Shown piece by piece: positions 37,844 through 46,900 of a stretch of DNA of 64,000 bases (position 1 is its first letter; every line of letters begins with the position of its first letter). Source of the DNA: an uncultured Acidobacteriota bacterium (GTDB lineage: Bacteria > Acidobacteriota > Polarisedimenticolia > JACPZX01); NCBI GenBank assembly GCA_964400605.1, contig CAYNUH010000004.1:11201-75200 (forward strand), written 5' to 3'. The notes below the pieces were generated by a model. That model had not been told where the DNA came from, ran no database searches, and saw only the letters and a list, made by a program, of their open reading frames with translations. The translations under genes and the position numbers were made by a program.

Positions 37844-38508
37844 CGTGCTTCGGGCTTCCGGAGAGGGGCCGCGTTCAGGTCCCGGGATGCCGCGGCGGGG
37901 TCGCGGCGGCTCTCCTCGCCCTGGGCTTCCTCGCCGGATGCGGCGGAGCGCCGGAGGAGGAGTTCGATCTGGGCCCCGTGGGGAGGGGGGTCACGGCCGA
38001 CTTCGCCGCCACACAACCTTCGGCCTGCTCCCCGGGCGATCCGCCCCTCCTCTCGCTGCAGAAGGCGACGGTGCTGGGACCCGTGGTGAACGTGGACATC
38101 ACCCTGAGCGACTGCGACGCCTCCCTCGTGGTCAGCGGGCTCAACTTCGAGCTTTCCTTTGACGACACCGTCATTGATTTCCTGGGGTGTTCGGCGGGGA
38201 CGTTGTTCCCGGCCGGGCAGCTCGTCACGGGGACTCCCGCCTGCGCGGCGTCGGGCGGCAACCTCATCGGCACGATCGCCCTCCAGCCGCCGAACGCGGT
38301 CAGCGTCACGGGTGGCCAAGCCTCCGTCATCCGGCTGACTTTCAGCCTCATCAGGAGGGTGGCCGCGACGGGCAGCCCCGCCGCCTTCATCATGCCGGAC
38401 TCGCTGCCCAACACCAGCCTCTTCTTCGCCGACCCCGTCACCCAGGTGATCCTGCAGCGTGCCCTGGGCGGGGCGGGTTACGCCGGCGGGAGCTTTACTT
38501 CGAACTGA
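37834..38508 (+). CDS. Lipoprotein with cohesin-like domain
   Basis: Lipobox LAGC; GLNFELSFDDTVIDF, VIRLTF. Confidence 0.6.
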   Translation: MPLTCFGLPERGRVQVPGCRGGVAAALLALGFLAGCGGAPEEEFDLGPVGRGVTADFAATQPSACSPGDPPLLSLQKATVLGPVVNVDITLSDCDASLVVSGLNFELSFDDTVIDFLGCSAGTLFPAGQLVTGTPACAASGGNLIGTIALQPPNAVSVTGGQASVIRLTFSLIRRVAATGSPAAFIMPDSLPNTSLFFADPVTQVILQRALGGAGYAGGSFTSN

Positions 38509-38642
38509 TTCCCACTCACCGCAGCCTGACGCTTGCCCTGGAGCCCAGTGCCCGCGCAACAATACGAACAAATATGAAATACCCATGCGGGGCTGCCAAC
38601 GCGGCGAAAAATATCGTGGCGAGGTCCACGTCGAGATTTCTG

Positions 38643-38671
38643 TTGACTGGAGCGCCGATTTTGGGTACTCT
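38643..38671 (+). promoter_or_regulatory. Promoter of module 1
   Basis: TTGACT-N17-TACTCT. Confidence 0.6.
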
Positions 38672-38835
38672 TCCGACAACTGGCCACAGTTAGATCGCCC
38701 CCGGAGTGCACTCGAGGCGCAAGGTCTCCATAGTCGCGCCGGGACATCACGTGGACCCACCACTTTCCCTGCCGGTGGCCGTGAGTCGTGAGAGCCCCAC
38801 CGTAGGGGAGACTTACGTTTCTTGAGGAGGTCATC

Positions 38836-40191
38836 GTGCAGAAGGAAGGGCTGAAGTGGTGGATCGGGGCGCTGATCCCCGTAGTTCTCATCCTCGTACT
38901 GGCATCCCCGAGCGCGTGGGCTGCGCGCAACTGCAACCCGACGAGGAACGACTGTGAGTCCAGCGACCCCATCACGCAGAGCCACACCCAGATCGGTGGC
39001 GCGGGGTCCGTCTCGAGTTTCAGCAACCTGTCCCCTGGAAGGCTGACGGACGGCACCGAAGGGGAGGCCGACTACGAGTTCACGTTCGACAGAAATACCG
39101 CGACGCTGACCCTCAAGGTCACGAACCAGACGGCCACGCAGTCCACGCTGACGGGCATCTTCTTCAACGTGACTCCGGCCGTGACGGGCCTGACCCTGCT
39201 GTCGGAGGACGGCGTTCTTCGCTGGGTCATGGCCTTCGACAGGATCAGGACGGACGGGTTCGTGGATTCGGACCACAACCTCGTGAACCTGAGGGGCGAC
39301 GGGTTCGGGCTCTTCCACGTGTTCCTGAGCAACAACATCACCGATGTCCAGAGGGACGCCGGTAACCCGGACATCGAGATCCTCCCGGGCGACATGGTCA
39401 CGTTCGTCTTCAGGGTCAGCGGCGATCTCCCGAAGATCACGGCCTGCTCCTTCACGTCGGTGGGTTCGCTCGTCCCGCCCGGCGACAAGATTCAGGTCGC
39501 GCTCGGGCGGTTCCAGGCCGGCGTGCAGGGCGGCAGCGGGTTCATCGGCCCGTGCCAGGGCGGCCCGCTGGCCGTCACTCTGGCCGGATTCTCCGCCACC
39601 CCGGGCGAGGGCCGGGTCACTCTCGGGTGGTCCACCGCGTCGGAGAGCAACAACGCCGGGTTCCGGATCCTCCGGAAGGATCTCCGGACGCAGCAGATCA
39701 TCGCTCTGAACACGTTCATGATCCCGAGCCAGGGGGACAGCGTGAGCGGCGCGGACTACAGCTACATCGACGACACCGCGGTGAACGGACGGAAGTACCA
39801 CTACTTCCTCGAGGACTGGGACCTTGAGGGTCAGAACACGATTCACCGGCCGGAGCTGGCGATCCCCAACCCGGTCCGGCCGCCGGTGCGGCTGTTGTCG
39901 CCCGGCTACGACGAGGTCGCGGGCGCGTCCGTGCGCTTCCGCTGGGAGGCGGACGCCCGGACGAGGTTCACCGCCGAGATCTCCGGCGACGCGACATTCC
40001 CCTCCGGGAAGAGCATGAAACTTCGCGCCGGCACGAGGACGACCCTGACGCTGAACACATTCGAGATGCGGCAGATCGCGCGCATGGCGCGCGCCGCCGG
40101 TGAAGGGGGCGTTTACTGGAGGGTGACGGGAACAGACGCGAGGGGCAACGCCGCCCGCAGCCAGACCTTTTTCGTGGGTGTGCAGCCCTGA
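38836..40191 (+). CDS. Secreted protein, paralog A (beta-rich N-domain + PLAVTL-type FN3-like domain)
   Basis: GAGGAGG RBS; signal peptide ending AWA; PLAVTLAGFSA..WSTASESNNAGF..YSYID; paralog at 40795. Confidence 0.85.
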   Translation: MQKEGLKWWIGALIPVVLILVLASPSAWAARNCNPTRNDCESSDPITQSHTQIGGAGSVSSFSNLSPGRLTDGTEGEADYEFTFDRNTATLTLKVTNQTATQSTLTGIFFNVTPAVTGLTLLSEDGVLRWVMAFDRIRTDGFVDSDHNLVNLRGDGFGLFHVFLSNNITDVQRDAGNPDIEILPGDMVTFVFRVSGDLPKITACSFTSVGSLVPPGDKIQVALGRFQAGVQGGSGFIGPCQGGPLAVTLAGFSATPGEGRVTLGWSTASESNNAGFRILRKDLRTQQIIALNTFMIPSQGDSVSGADYSYIDDTAVNGRKYHYFLEDWDLEGQNTIHRPELAIPNPVRPPVRLLSPGYDEVAGASVRFRWEADARTRFTAEISGDATFPSGKSMKLRAGTRTTLTLNTFEMRQIARMARAAGEGGVYWRVTGTDARGNAARSQTFFVGVQP

Positions 40192-40235
40192 GGTCTTGAA
40201 CGAGCGGGCAGCGAGAGGAATGGGCTCAGGCCGGA

Positions 40236-40249
40236 CCCGTTCGAACGGG
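40236..40249. repeat. Perfect 14-bp palindrome
   Basis: CCCGTTCGAACGGG between paralog A and peptide 1. Confidence 0.7.
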
Positions 40250-40289
40250 GGCCCGGATCTAAGGAGTTCAAAAGGAGCGCTGAAGAGCG

Positions 40290-40421
40290 ATGAGAATAAC
40301 GGAGCAAGTGGAAAAACCGGCATACTCGACCCCGAGCGTGACCTCTCTCAAGGAGAGCGAGATCCTCGAGGAGATTGGCCCCGCTCAGGCGTACACCGGC
40401 AATTTCCCGTTCGGTTTCTAG
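40290..40421 (+). CDS. 43-aa RiPP-like precursor peptide 1 (MRITEQVEKPAYSTPSVTSLKESEILEEIGPAQAYTGNFPFGF)
   Basis: Translated by hand; AAGGAG upstream; YxxP leader; C-terminal 18 aa identical to 42502-42633 with only synonymous changes. Confidence 0.85.
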   Translation: MRITEQVEKPAYSTPSVTSLKESEILEEIGPAQAYTGNFPFGF

Positions 40422-40437
40422 GCAGCCTGGTTCGGAA

Positions 40438-40474
40438 CGGGGGAGAGGGACGTGTTCCCACCGCCTCTCCCCCG
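40438..40474 (+). terminator. GC-rich hairpin after peptide 1 (no U-tract)
   Basis: CGGGGGAGAGG (40438-40448) pairs with CCTCTCCCCCG (40464-40474). Confidence 0.45.
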
Positions 40475-40577
40475 CTCCATGCGGCCTAAATCCGGCCCGG
40501 GATGAGCATCCGAGCGAGGCGTCTCCGTTACTCTCCGGGCGGCTCTCCTCCCCGCGCCCACCAGACCTTCTTACGCA

Positions 40578-40606
40578 TTGACCGGCACCTGGAAACACTG
40601 TATATT
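40578..40606 (+). promoter_or_regulatory. Promoter of module 2
   Basis: TTGACC-N17-TATATT. Confidence 0.7.
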
Positions 40607-40794
40607 CCGGGCACTTCGCGCCCACTCAGCAAGATTTCATCAGGGGGACCGCTGGCCCGGTTTCCCGGACGTGAATGGGATTCGAAGTCTTGGCCCGGCG
40701 CTCATCCTCTAACCCTGCCTCATGAGCGCCCGGTGGGGATTGAAGCGCGATTCACTCTAAACTGATCGGCGGATCTGTCTAAACGAGGAGGATC

Positions 40795-42141
40795 ATGAAA
40801 CGGGCTAATTTCATCATGGTGTTGGTCGTCATCGCGGTTGCGGCGAGCTTGAGCTCGCCGGCCTGGGCGCAGCGGCCCTGCATGCCGACGCTCAACAACT
40901 GTCCGAACCAGAACGTCACGACCAGCAAGATCCAGATCGGGGGCGCGGGCTCCCTCTCGAGCGCGGGCGCCAGCTTCAGCAACCCGGGACGCCTCGATGA
41001 CGGCACCATCGCCGAGGCCGACCTCGATTTCAGCTTCGACAGGGTCACGGGGCGGCTCACCGTCGTGGCCACGAACAGGACGACGACGGTCGCGTCGTTG
41101 ACGGCGTTCGGGTTCAACACGACCTCCGACGTGACGGGGATGTCGTTGTTCTCCCACACGGGAACGCTGAACTGGGAGATGGCCTTTGACCGCGACCGGA
41201 CCGACAACGTCGTGGACTCGCACCCGAGCCTCAACCCGGGCGAGCTGAAGATGGACGGCTTCGGCCGGTTCAACGTCTTCTTCGGCAACAAGGGGATCAG
41301 CACGGGGGGCAACGGCGGCAACAAGAACGAGATCCTGGCCGGCAACAGCGTGACCTACGTCATCACAGTATCGGGCACCATCTCCAACATCACGGCCTGC
41401 TCGTTCACTTCCGTCGGTTCGTTCATCCCGCCCGGAGACAAGATCGTGACGGCGGTGGGGCGGTTCCAGGCGGGTGTGAACGGCGGCAGCGCGTTCATCG
41501 GGCCGTGCACCGGCGGTCCCCTGCTCATCTCCCTGTCGAGCTTCTCGATCTCTTCCAGGGATCCCGTCACGGTCGAGTGGCTGACGGCGAGCGAGATCGA
41601 CAACGCCGGGTTCGCGGTCCTTCGCGAGGACATGAGGTCGCGCCCGCACCAGATCGTCCGGCTCAACGAGACCCTGATCGCGGCGCAGGGATCCGACGTC
41701 AGCGGGGCGGCCTATTCCTTCACGGATCCCACGGCCGTGAACGGCAGGAAGTACAAGTACATGCTCGAGGACTGGGACCTGAGCGGGTTCAACACGATCC
41801 ATCTCCCGGAGGTGGCGGTGCCGAACCCGAAGAACCCGCCGATCCGGCTGCTCTCGCCCGGGTACGAAGACCGCGCCGGGGCGGCTCAGAAGTTCCGCTG
41901 GGAGAGCGACGGCAGGGTGCGCTCGACTCTGGAGGTATCGGCGGACGCGCAGTTCCCGGCGGGCTCCACATTGAAGATCCGCGTCGGGGCCCGGACCTCG
42001 CGCCAGCTCACGTTCATGGAGACGGCTCAGGTCAGGAACATGGCCGCGGCGGGCGAGGGCGGCGTCTACTGGCGGGTGACCGGCAGGGACGCGCAGGGAG
42101 CGGCGGCGGTAAGCCAGACGTTCTTCCTGGTCGTGCCCTGA
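40795..42141 (+). CDS. Secreted protein, paralog B
   Basis: GAGGAGG RBS; signal peptide ending AWA; shares QIGGAGS, ITACSFTSVGS..PPGDKI..GRFQAGV.GGS.FIGPC, AVNGRKY.Y.LEDWDL, AGEGGVYWRVTG with paralog A. Confidence 0.88.
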   Translation: MKRANFIMVLVVIAVAASLSSPAWAQRPCMPTLNNCPNQNVTTSKIQIGGAGSLSSAGASFSNPGRLDDGTIAEADLDFSFDRVTGRLTVVATNRTTTVASLTAFGFNTTSDVTGMSLFSHTGTLNWEMAFDRDRTDNVVDSHPSLNPGELKMDGFGRFNVFFGNKGISTGGNGGNKNEILAGNSVTYVITVSGTISNITACSFTSVGSFIPPGDKIVTAVGRFQAGVNGGSAFIGPCTGGPLLISLSSFSISSRDPVTVEWLTASEIDNAGFAVLREDMRSRPHQIVRLNETLIAAQGSDVSGAAYSFTDPTAVNGRKYKYMLEDWDLSGFNTIHLPEVAVPNPKNPPIRLLSPGYEDRAGAAQKFRWESDGRVRSTLEVSADAQFPAGSTLKIRVGARTSRQLTFMETAQVRNMAAAGEGGVYWRVTGRDAQGAAAVSQTFFLVVP

Positions 42142-42161
42142 GAGGCCCGGAGAACTACGCT

Positions 42162-42455
42162 GTGCTGGGCCAGGACATATCGCGGCTCCGGTCCGCTCCC
42201 AGGGGCAGGAGGGACCTGGTCCTGCAGGAACTGGGGGACGAGGGACTGCTGTACGACCGTGAGGGGGCGCTGGTCCACATCCTGAACCTGACGGCTCTCT
42301 TCACGTGGCGGCTTTGCGACGGGACGAGATCGGTTGATGAGATCGCGGCGGCCGTGCGGGATGCCTTCTCGGGGACGGACAGGACGGACGTCCGGCGCGA
42401 TGTCGAGGGGCTCGTGGCGCGGTTCGCCGAGCGCGGGCTTTTGGAACCGTCATAG
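42162..42455 (+). CDS. PqqD-family RiPP recognition element (RRE)
   Basis: LGDEGLLYD..VHILNLTALFTWRLCDGTRSVDEI...DVEGLVARFAERGLL; GGAGA RBS. Confidence 0.88.
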   Translation: MLGQDISRLRSAPRGRRDLVLQELGDEGLLYDREGALVHILNLTALFTWRLCDGTRSVDEIAAAVRDAFSGTDRTDVRRDVEGLVARFAERGLLEPS

Positions 42456-42501
42456 GGGCGGCGAGGTGAGCCGGGTCCCCGTGAGAGGATGTGAGGACAC
42501 G

Positions 42502-42633
42502 ATGACTACCAGAGTGGAGCCAGGGCTTCCGCAGTACCGGGCGCCGGAGATCGAGACTCTCCGGGACGGCGATCTACTGGAGGAGATCGGCCCGGCGCAG
42601 GCCTACACGGGGAACTTCCCGTTCGGCTTCTAG
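42502..42633 (+). CDS. 43-aa RiPP-like precursor peptide 2 (MTTRVEPGLPQYRAPEIETLRDGDLLEEIGPAQAYTGNFPFGF)
   Basis: GAGGA RBS; YxxP leader; directly after the RRE gene; identical core to peptide 1. Confidence 0.88.
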   Translation: MTTRVEPGLPQYRAPEIETLRDGDLLEEIGPAQAYTGNFPFGF

Positions 42634-42780
42634 GAACGGGGGCCCTCCTCCGGATGGCGCCGGAGGAGAGCCGGTGAGCCGAGGAACCCGCCGGCCGGAA
42701 CAGAAGAAGACCTCGAGGGAACGGGGGGAAGTGCCGCGAGGCGCGGACCCCCGGTTCCCTCGTCGCTTTTTGGAGGTTGT

Positions 42781-43995
42781 TTGCGACTCGAGCCCCTGAA
42801 GAAAGAACTCCAGAAGGAGCGTCGGGACGCCGGCCTTCCACCGTCTCGCGATCTCGAGCGCCGGATCTCGTCCGTGGCGGCGGATCGCTACGGGATCCTC
42901 GGCGCGCAGGTCTCCCTCCGGACCGACATGGCGCCCATCCGGGAGTTCTTCTCCCACGCCTACCGCTGGTTCCCTCCGGACTCATCGGGCCGTGATGTTG
43001 ACCTCGCGGCCATCCTCGGCGGCGCAGGCGGCGAGGCCGCCTTCGTCCGCGCGGGCGATGCATGGCTGGATCTCGGGGGCAGCGCTTCGCCCGAGAACCG
43101 GGCCTTCCTCTTCCTTCTCGAGGCCGTGATGGACGCCATCGACGGAAGCATCCTCCTGCACGGCGGAGCCGTCTCGCGCGCCGGGGAAGGGATCGTCCTG
43201 GCCGGTCCCACCCTCGCGGGGAAGTCCACCCTTGTCCTGGAGCTGATGAAGATCGGGCTCGATTTCCTCAGCGACGACGCCGCCCCCATCGAGCGGCGCT
43301 CCGGCCTCCTGCTTCCGTTCCCGAGAGCCGTCGGCGTGCGCAAGGACGGAGCGGAAGCGGCGCTGAGACGGTCCTCCCTGCCGGCATCAGGCGTCCACGA
43401 TCTCCCCCACAAGTGGCTTGTGGATCCGCAGGCCCTAGGAGCGCGGCTCCCCGCGCAGGCCTGCCGGCCCGCCTACCTTTTCTATCTGGAGCCGGAGACC
43501 GCTTCCGGTGACCCCTCGCCCGTGCGCTCGTTCGAGGTGGCTCTCGCCGATCGGTTCGACGAGATCCGCCGTGAAGTGCAGGCGCTGTCGCCGGAGTCCC
43601 TGGAGGAGGTCCAGAGGAGGCCTTTCCCCACGCTGGTCGCGCGTTTCCGCCGTGGCAGCCGCCCCCTCTCGGCGCTCAGCGCCCTCTGGCGCCGGCACCG
43701 AGGATCGATCCTCTTCATCGAGGAGACGCGTGCGCCGGCGCGCCGCACGCAAGGCGCTCCGATCATCGAGCCCGTGGGGGTGGCTTCGCTCCTCATGCCG
43801 CTCGTGAGGGACGTGCTCAACCGCGGCGAGGGGGGCCGGCTCCTGGCCTCTCACTCCGGGAGGCTCACGTCGCTCATGGTGGAACTCGGCACGCTGCTCC
43901 GGGACGTCCGGTGTTTCCGCGTCGCATCCGCCACGCCCGCGCAGACGGCGGCCGCCATCACCCAGGTGGTCGACGAAAGGGGGAAGCATCCGTGA
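42781..43995 (+). CDS. HPr-kinase-related P-loop kinase
   Basis: LLHGGAV, LAGPTLAGKSTL, FLSDD; GGAGG RBS before TTG. Confidence 0.82.
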   Translation: MRLEPLKKELQKERRDAGLPPSRDLERRISSVAADRYGILGAQVSLRTDMAPIREFFSHAYRWFPPDSSGRDVDLAAILGGAGGEAAFVRAGDAWLDLGGSASPENRAFLFLLEAVMDAIDGSILLHGGAVSRAGEGIVLAGPTLAGKSTLVLELMKIGLDFLSDDAAPIERRSGLLLPFPRAVGVRKDGAEAALRRSSLPASGVHDLPHKWLVDPQALGARLPAQACRPAYLFYLEPETASGDPSPVRSFEVALADRFDEIRREVQALSPESLEEVQRRPFPTLVARFRRGSRPLSALSALWRRHRGSILFIEETRAPARRTQGAPIIEPVGVASLLMPLVRDVLNRGEGGRLLASHSGRLTSLMVELGTLLRDVRCFRVASATPAQTAAAITQVVDERGKHP

Positions 43996-46900
43996 GGAGC
44001 ACCCGCCCGCTCCGCATCTTCCAGGCACTCGCCTGTGTGTTGTTCTGCGCCTGGGCCGCCTCGGCGGCGCAGGAAGTCCGCGTCGTCCGGCAGGACGATC
44101 GGTCGCTCGTGCTTCGCGTTTCGGCGCCGGACGTGGAGCTCGCGGCCTACCCGGCCCAGAGGGGCCGGGTGGAGCCGAAGATCCGCGGCGCGGCCTCGTT
44201 CGTCGAGGACTCGCTGCCGCGCCTGCCCTACAGCCGTGCCCTGATCGGCGTCCCGGAGGGGATGCGCCCCGTCCTCACGATCCTCTCCGCCCCCCACCTG
44301 CGGATCTCCGGCGAGAAGATCGCCGTGGCCGTCCACCCCGCTTTCGGCCTCGCCGAGGCGGAGGGGTGGGAGGAGCCGGAGGACCCACCGCTTCCTGCCG
44401 GGCGCTACCCGCGCCGCGCCGCGGAGATCGCCTGGACGGGATGGATGAGGGACCTTCAGGTCTCCGAGGTCCGCTTCTACCCGGTGCGCAGCGCGGGCGC
44501 GGCCGGCGGCGTCCTGCATCACCCCGTGATCGAGGCGCGCGTGGAGTTCGTTGCGGATCCGTCGGCCGTCTCCCCGCGCCGGCGCGGCCCCGCCTCACTC
44601 GCTCAGGGCCGGCGCGACACGTACCGGGAACTCCAGCGGCGCGCCATCCTCAACCCCGACCAGGTCCTGCCCGCGGCGGGCGCCGGCGCGCGCCGCGATT
44701 CCTTCTCTGCGCCAGCCCAGGCGGGGGAGGAGACGTCGGTCGCCGGGGGCCTCGGGCCCGAAGCGGCGCTGATGAGCGTGCCCGCTCCGCTCAAGATCTC
44801 GGTCAACAGCGAGGGGCTCTACCGCGTCACCCCGGCGGACCTCGCGGCCGCGGGCGTCGATCCGAACAGCGTCAATCCTCAGGATTTCCGCCTGGAGTAC
44901 CGCGGGGCCGCAGTGCCCATGGAGGTGCTGGGCGAGTCGGACGCCAGCTTCGATCCGAACGACAGGGTCGTCTTCTTCGGGACCGCCGCCACGGGGCCCT
45001 TCACGAGAACCAACGTTTACTGGCTTCACTTCAACGCCGCTTCCCCACGCGCCGCCTTGCGGGACGGCACGTTCGGATCGCCCGCGCCCACCCCCGCCTC
45101 GTTCGTGACGACGGTGCACGCCGAGCAGAACCTGGTCTACACGTCGGCCGTGCCCACCGCCGCCATCGACCACTGGTGGTGGGGACCCTTCCTATCCGCC
45201 GGTGGAAGCGCAACGTACACCGTGAGCCTGCCCAGCGTCGATCCGAACCTCCACACGGTGAACGTGCGGGTCAACCTCCAGGGGCGCACCTTCCTCTCTG
45301 GCAACCCGGACCACCACACGCGCATCTTTCTGAACAACACCCAGATTGACGACCGCACCTGGGACGGCCAGATCCCCTTCACCCACAATGTCTCGGTTTC
45401 GAGCAGTCTCCTGTTGAACGGAAACAACTCGGTTCGCGTCTTCATGGTGGGCAATGTAGGTTCTCCGGACCAGGTGTACAGCAACTACATCGAGATCGAC
45501 TACAGGCGCACGTACGCCGCGGCGTCGGACTCGCTGATCGCGGACGGAGAGGGGACGGGGGATTTTCGCTTCTCCATGACGGGGTTCACGGCGTCCAACG
45601 TGCTCGTCTACGACGCCACCGACCCGAACGCTCTCGAGCGCATCGGCGTCCCCCCGGCGCAGATAACGGGCGCGGGGCCGTTCACGGTTTCCTTCCAGGA
45701 CTCGATCCTCTCCGACCGGCGCTACGCCGCCGCGACATTCGCCGCCCTGAGGGCGCCGCTTTCCATCGTGCAGGACGCGCCAAGTACGCTCATGACCCCG
45801 TCCAACGGCGCGGACTACATCGCCGTCACGCCCCCGGAGTTCCTCTCCGCGCTGCAGCCCCTGCTCGCCCTCAGGGCGTCTCAAGGGTACCGGGTGCTGA
45901 CCGCCGTCACGGACGACATCTACGACGAGTTCAACTTCGGCATCATGGATCCGGCCGCCATCAAGGCCTTCCTGTCCTACGCCTACGCCAACTACGCGGC
46001 CCCGGCCCCCGAGTTCGTCCTCCTGGCGGGAGACGCCCACGTGGACTACCTCGACAACCTCGGATCGGGCGTGAAGCAGTTCGTCCCGGCGATCCTGGTC
46101 AACATCTCGGGGTTCGGCGAGACGCCCAGCGACAACGAGTACGTCACGGTCGCGGGCGGCGATCTCTTGCCCGAGATGTGGGCGGGGCGGCTCCCGGCCC
46201 GGACGGCCACCGACGTCACGGACATGGTGAACAAGATCCTGGCGTACGAGACCTCGCCTCCCGTGGCGGATCTGAACGCCCAGTCGCTCTTCGTAGCGGA
46301 CAACGATCAGGTGGAATTCGAGGCCTACCTGGGATCGTTCGCTTCCCACCTGCCGCCCACCATGGCCGCCAACAACGTCTTCCTGTCTCAGTTGGCGTGC
46401 CCGTTCAACGTTCCAAGTCCACCGTGCGCAGCCGCCAGGGACGCGATCCGGGCGGGGATGGACGCCGGCGCGCTGGTGACTACGTACCTCGGACACGGCA
46501 GCGTCACGCAGTGGACCGGCGAGTGCGCCTGGGCCACCAGCAACGTCTCGCCCTGCTTCTCAAACCACCAGAACCTGCTCGCCGCCACGAACCGCCCGAC
46601 GTTCATCGCCGCGCTGGACTGCATCAACGGCTACTTCGTGGACCTTACCGCGGCTGGCTCCGGACACGTGAACTTCTCCCTCGCCGAGCAGATGATGAAG
46701 GTGGCCGGCAAGGGCGGCATCGCGGTGTGGGCCCCCGCCGCCCTGGGAAACCTCTCGGACTACTCCAGCATCGGCGATTGGCTGTTCCTGAACATATTCA
46801 ACGACAGGGAGAGAGTCGTGGGACGCGCCGCCGGAATGGCCGTCATCTCGGCCGTGACGCAGCCCTTCCAGCCTGCAAGCATGGACAACATCCGGGAGCT

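Noticed and set aside
40290-40474. Peptide 1 as a Phe attenuator leader (FPFGF)
   Set aside because: No aromatic amino-acid biosynthesis genes follow, the Phe codons are few, and RRE/YxxP context fits a RiPP precursor better.
39541-41520. Shared I-G-P in the paralog linkers (FIGPC) and the precursors (EIGPA)
   Set aside because: A three-residue match with different flanks is too weak to support a common cleavage site.
40290-42633. The peptides as lasso peptide precursors
   Set aside because: No Asp/Glu downstream of G30 to form a macrolactam, no Thr at -2 before a suitable core residue, and no lasso cyclase or B2 protease in the window.
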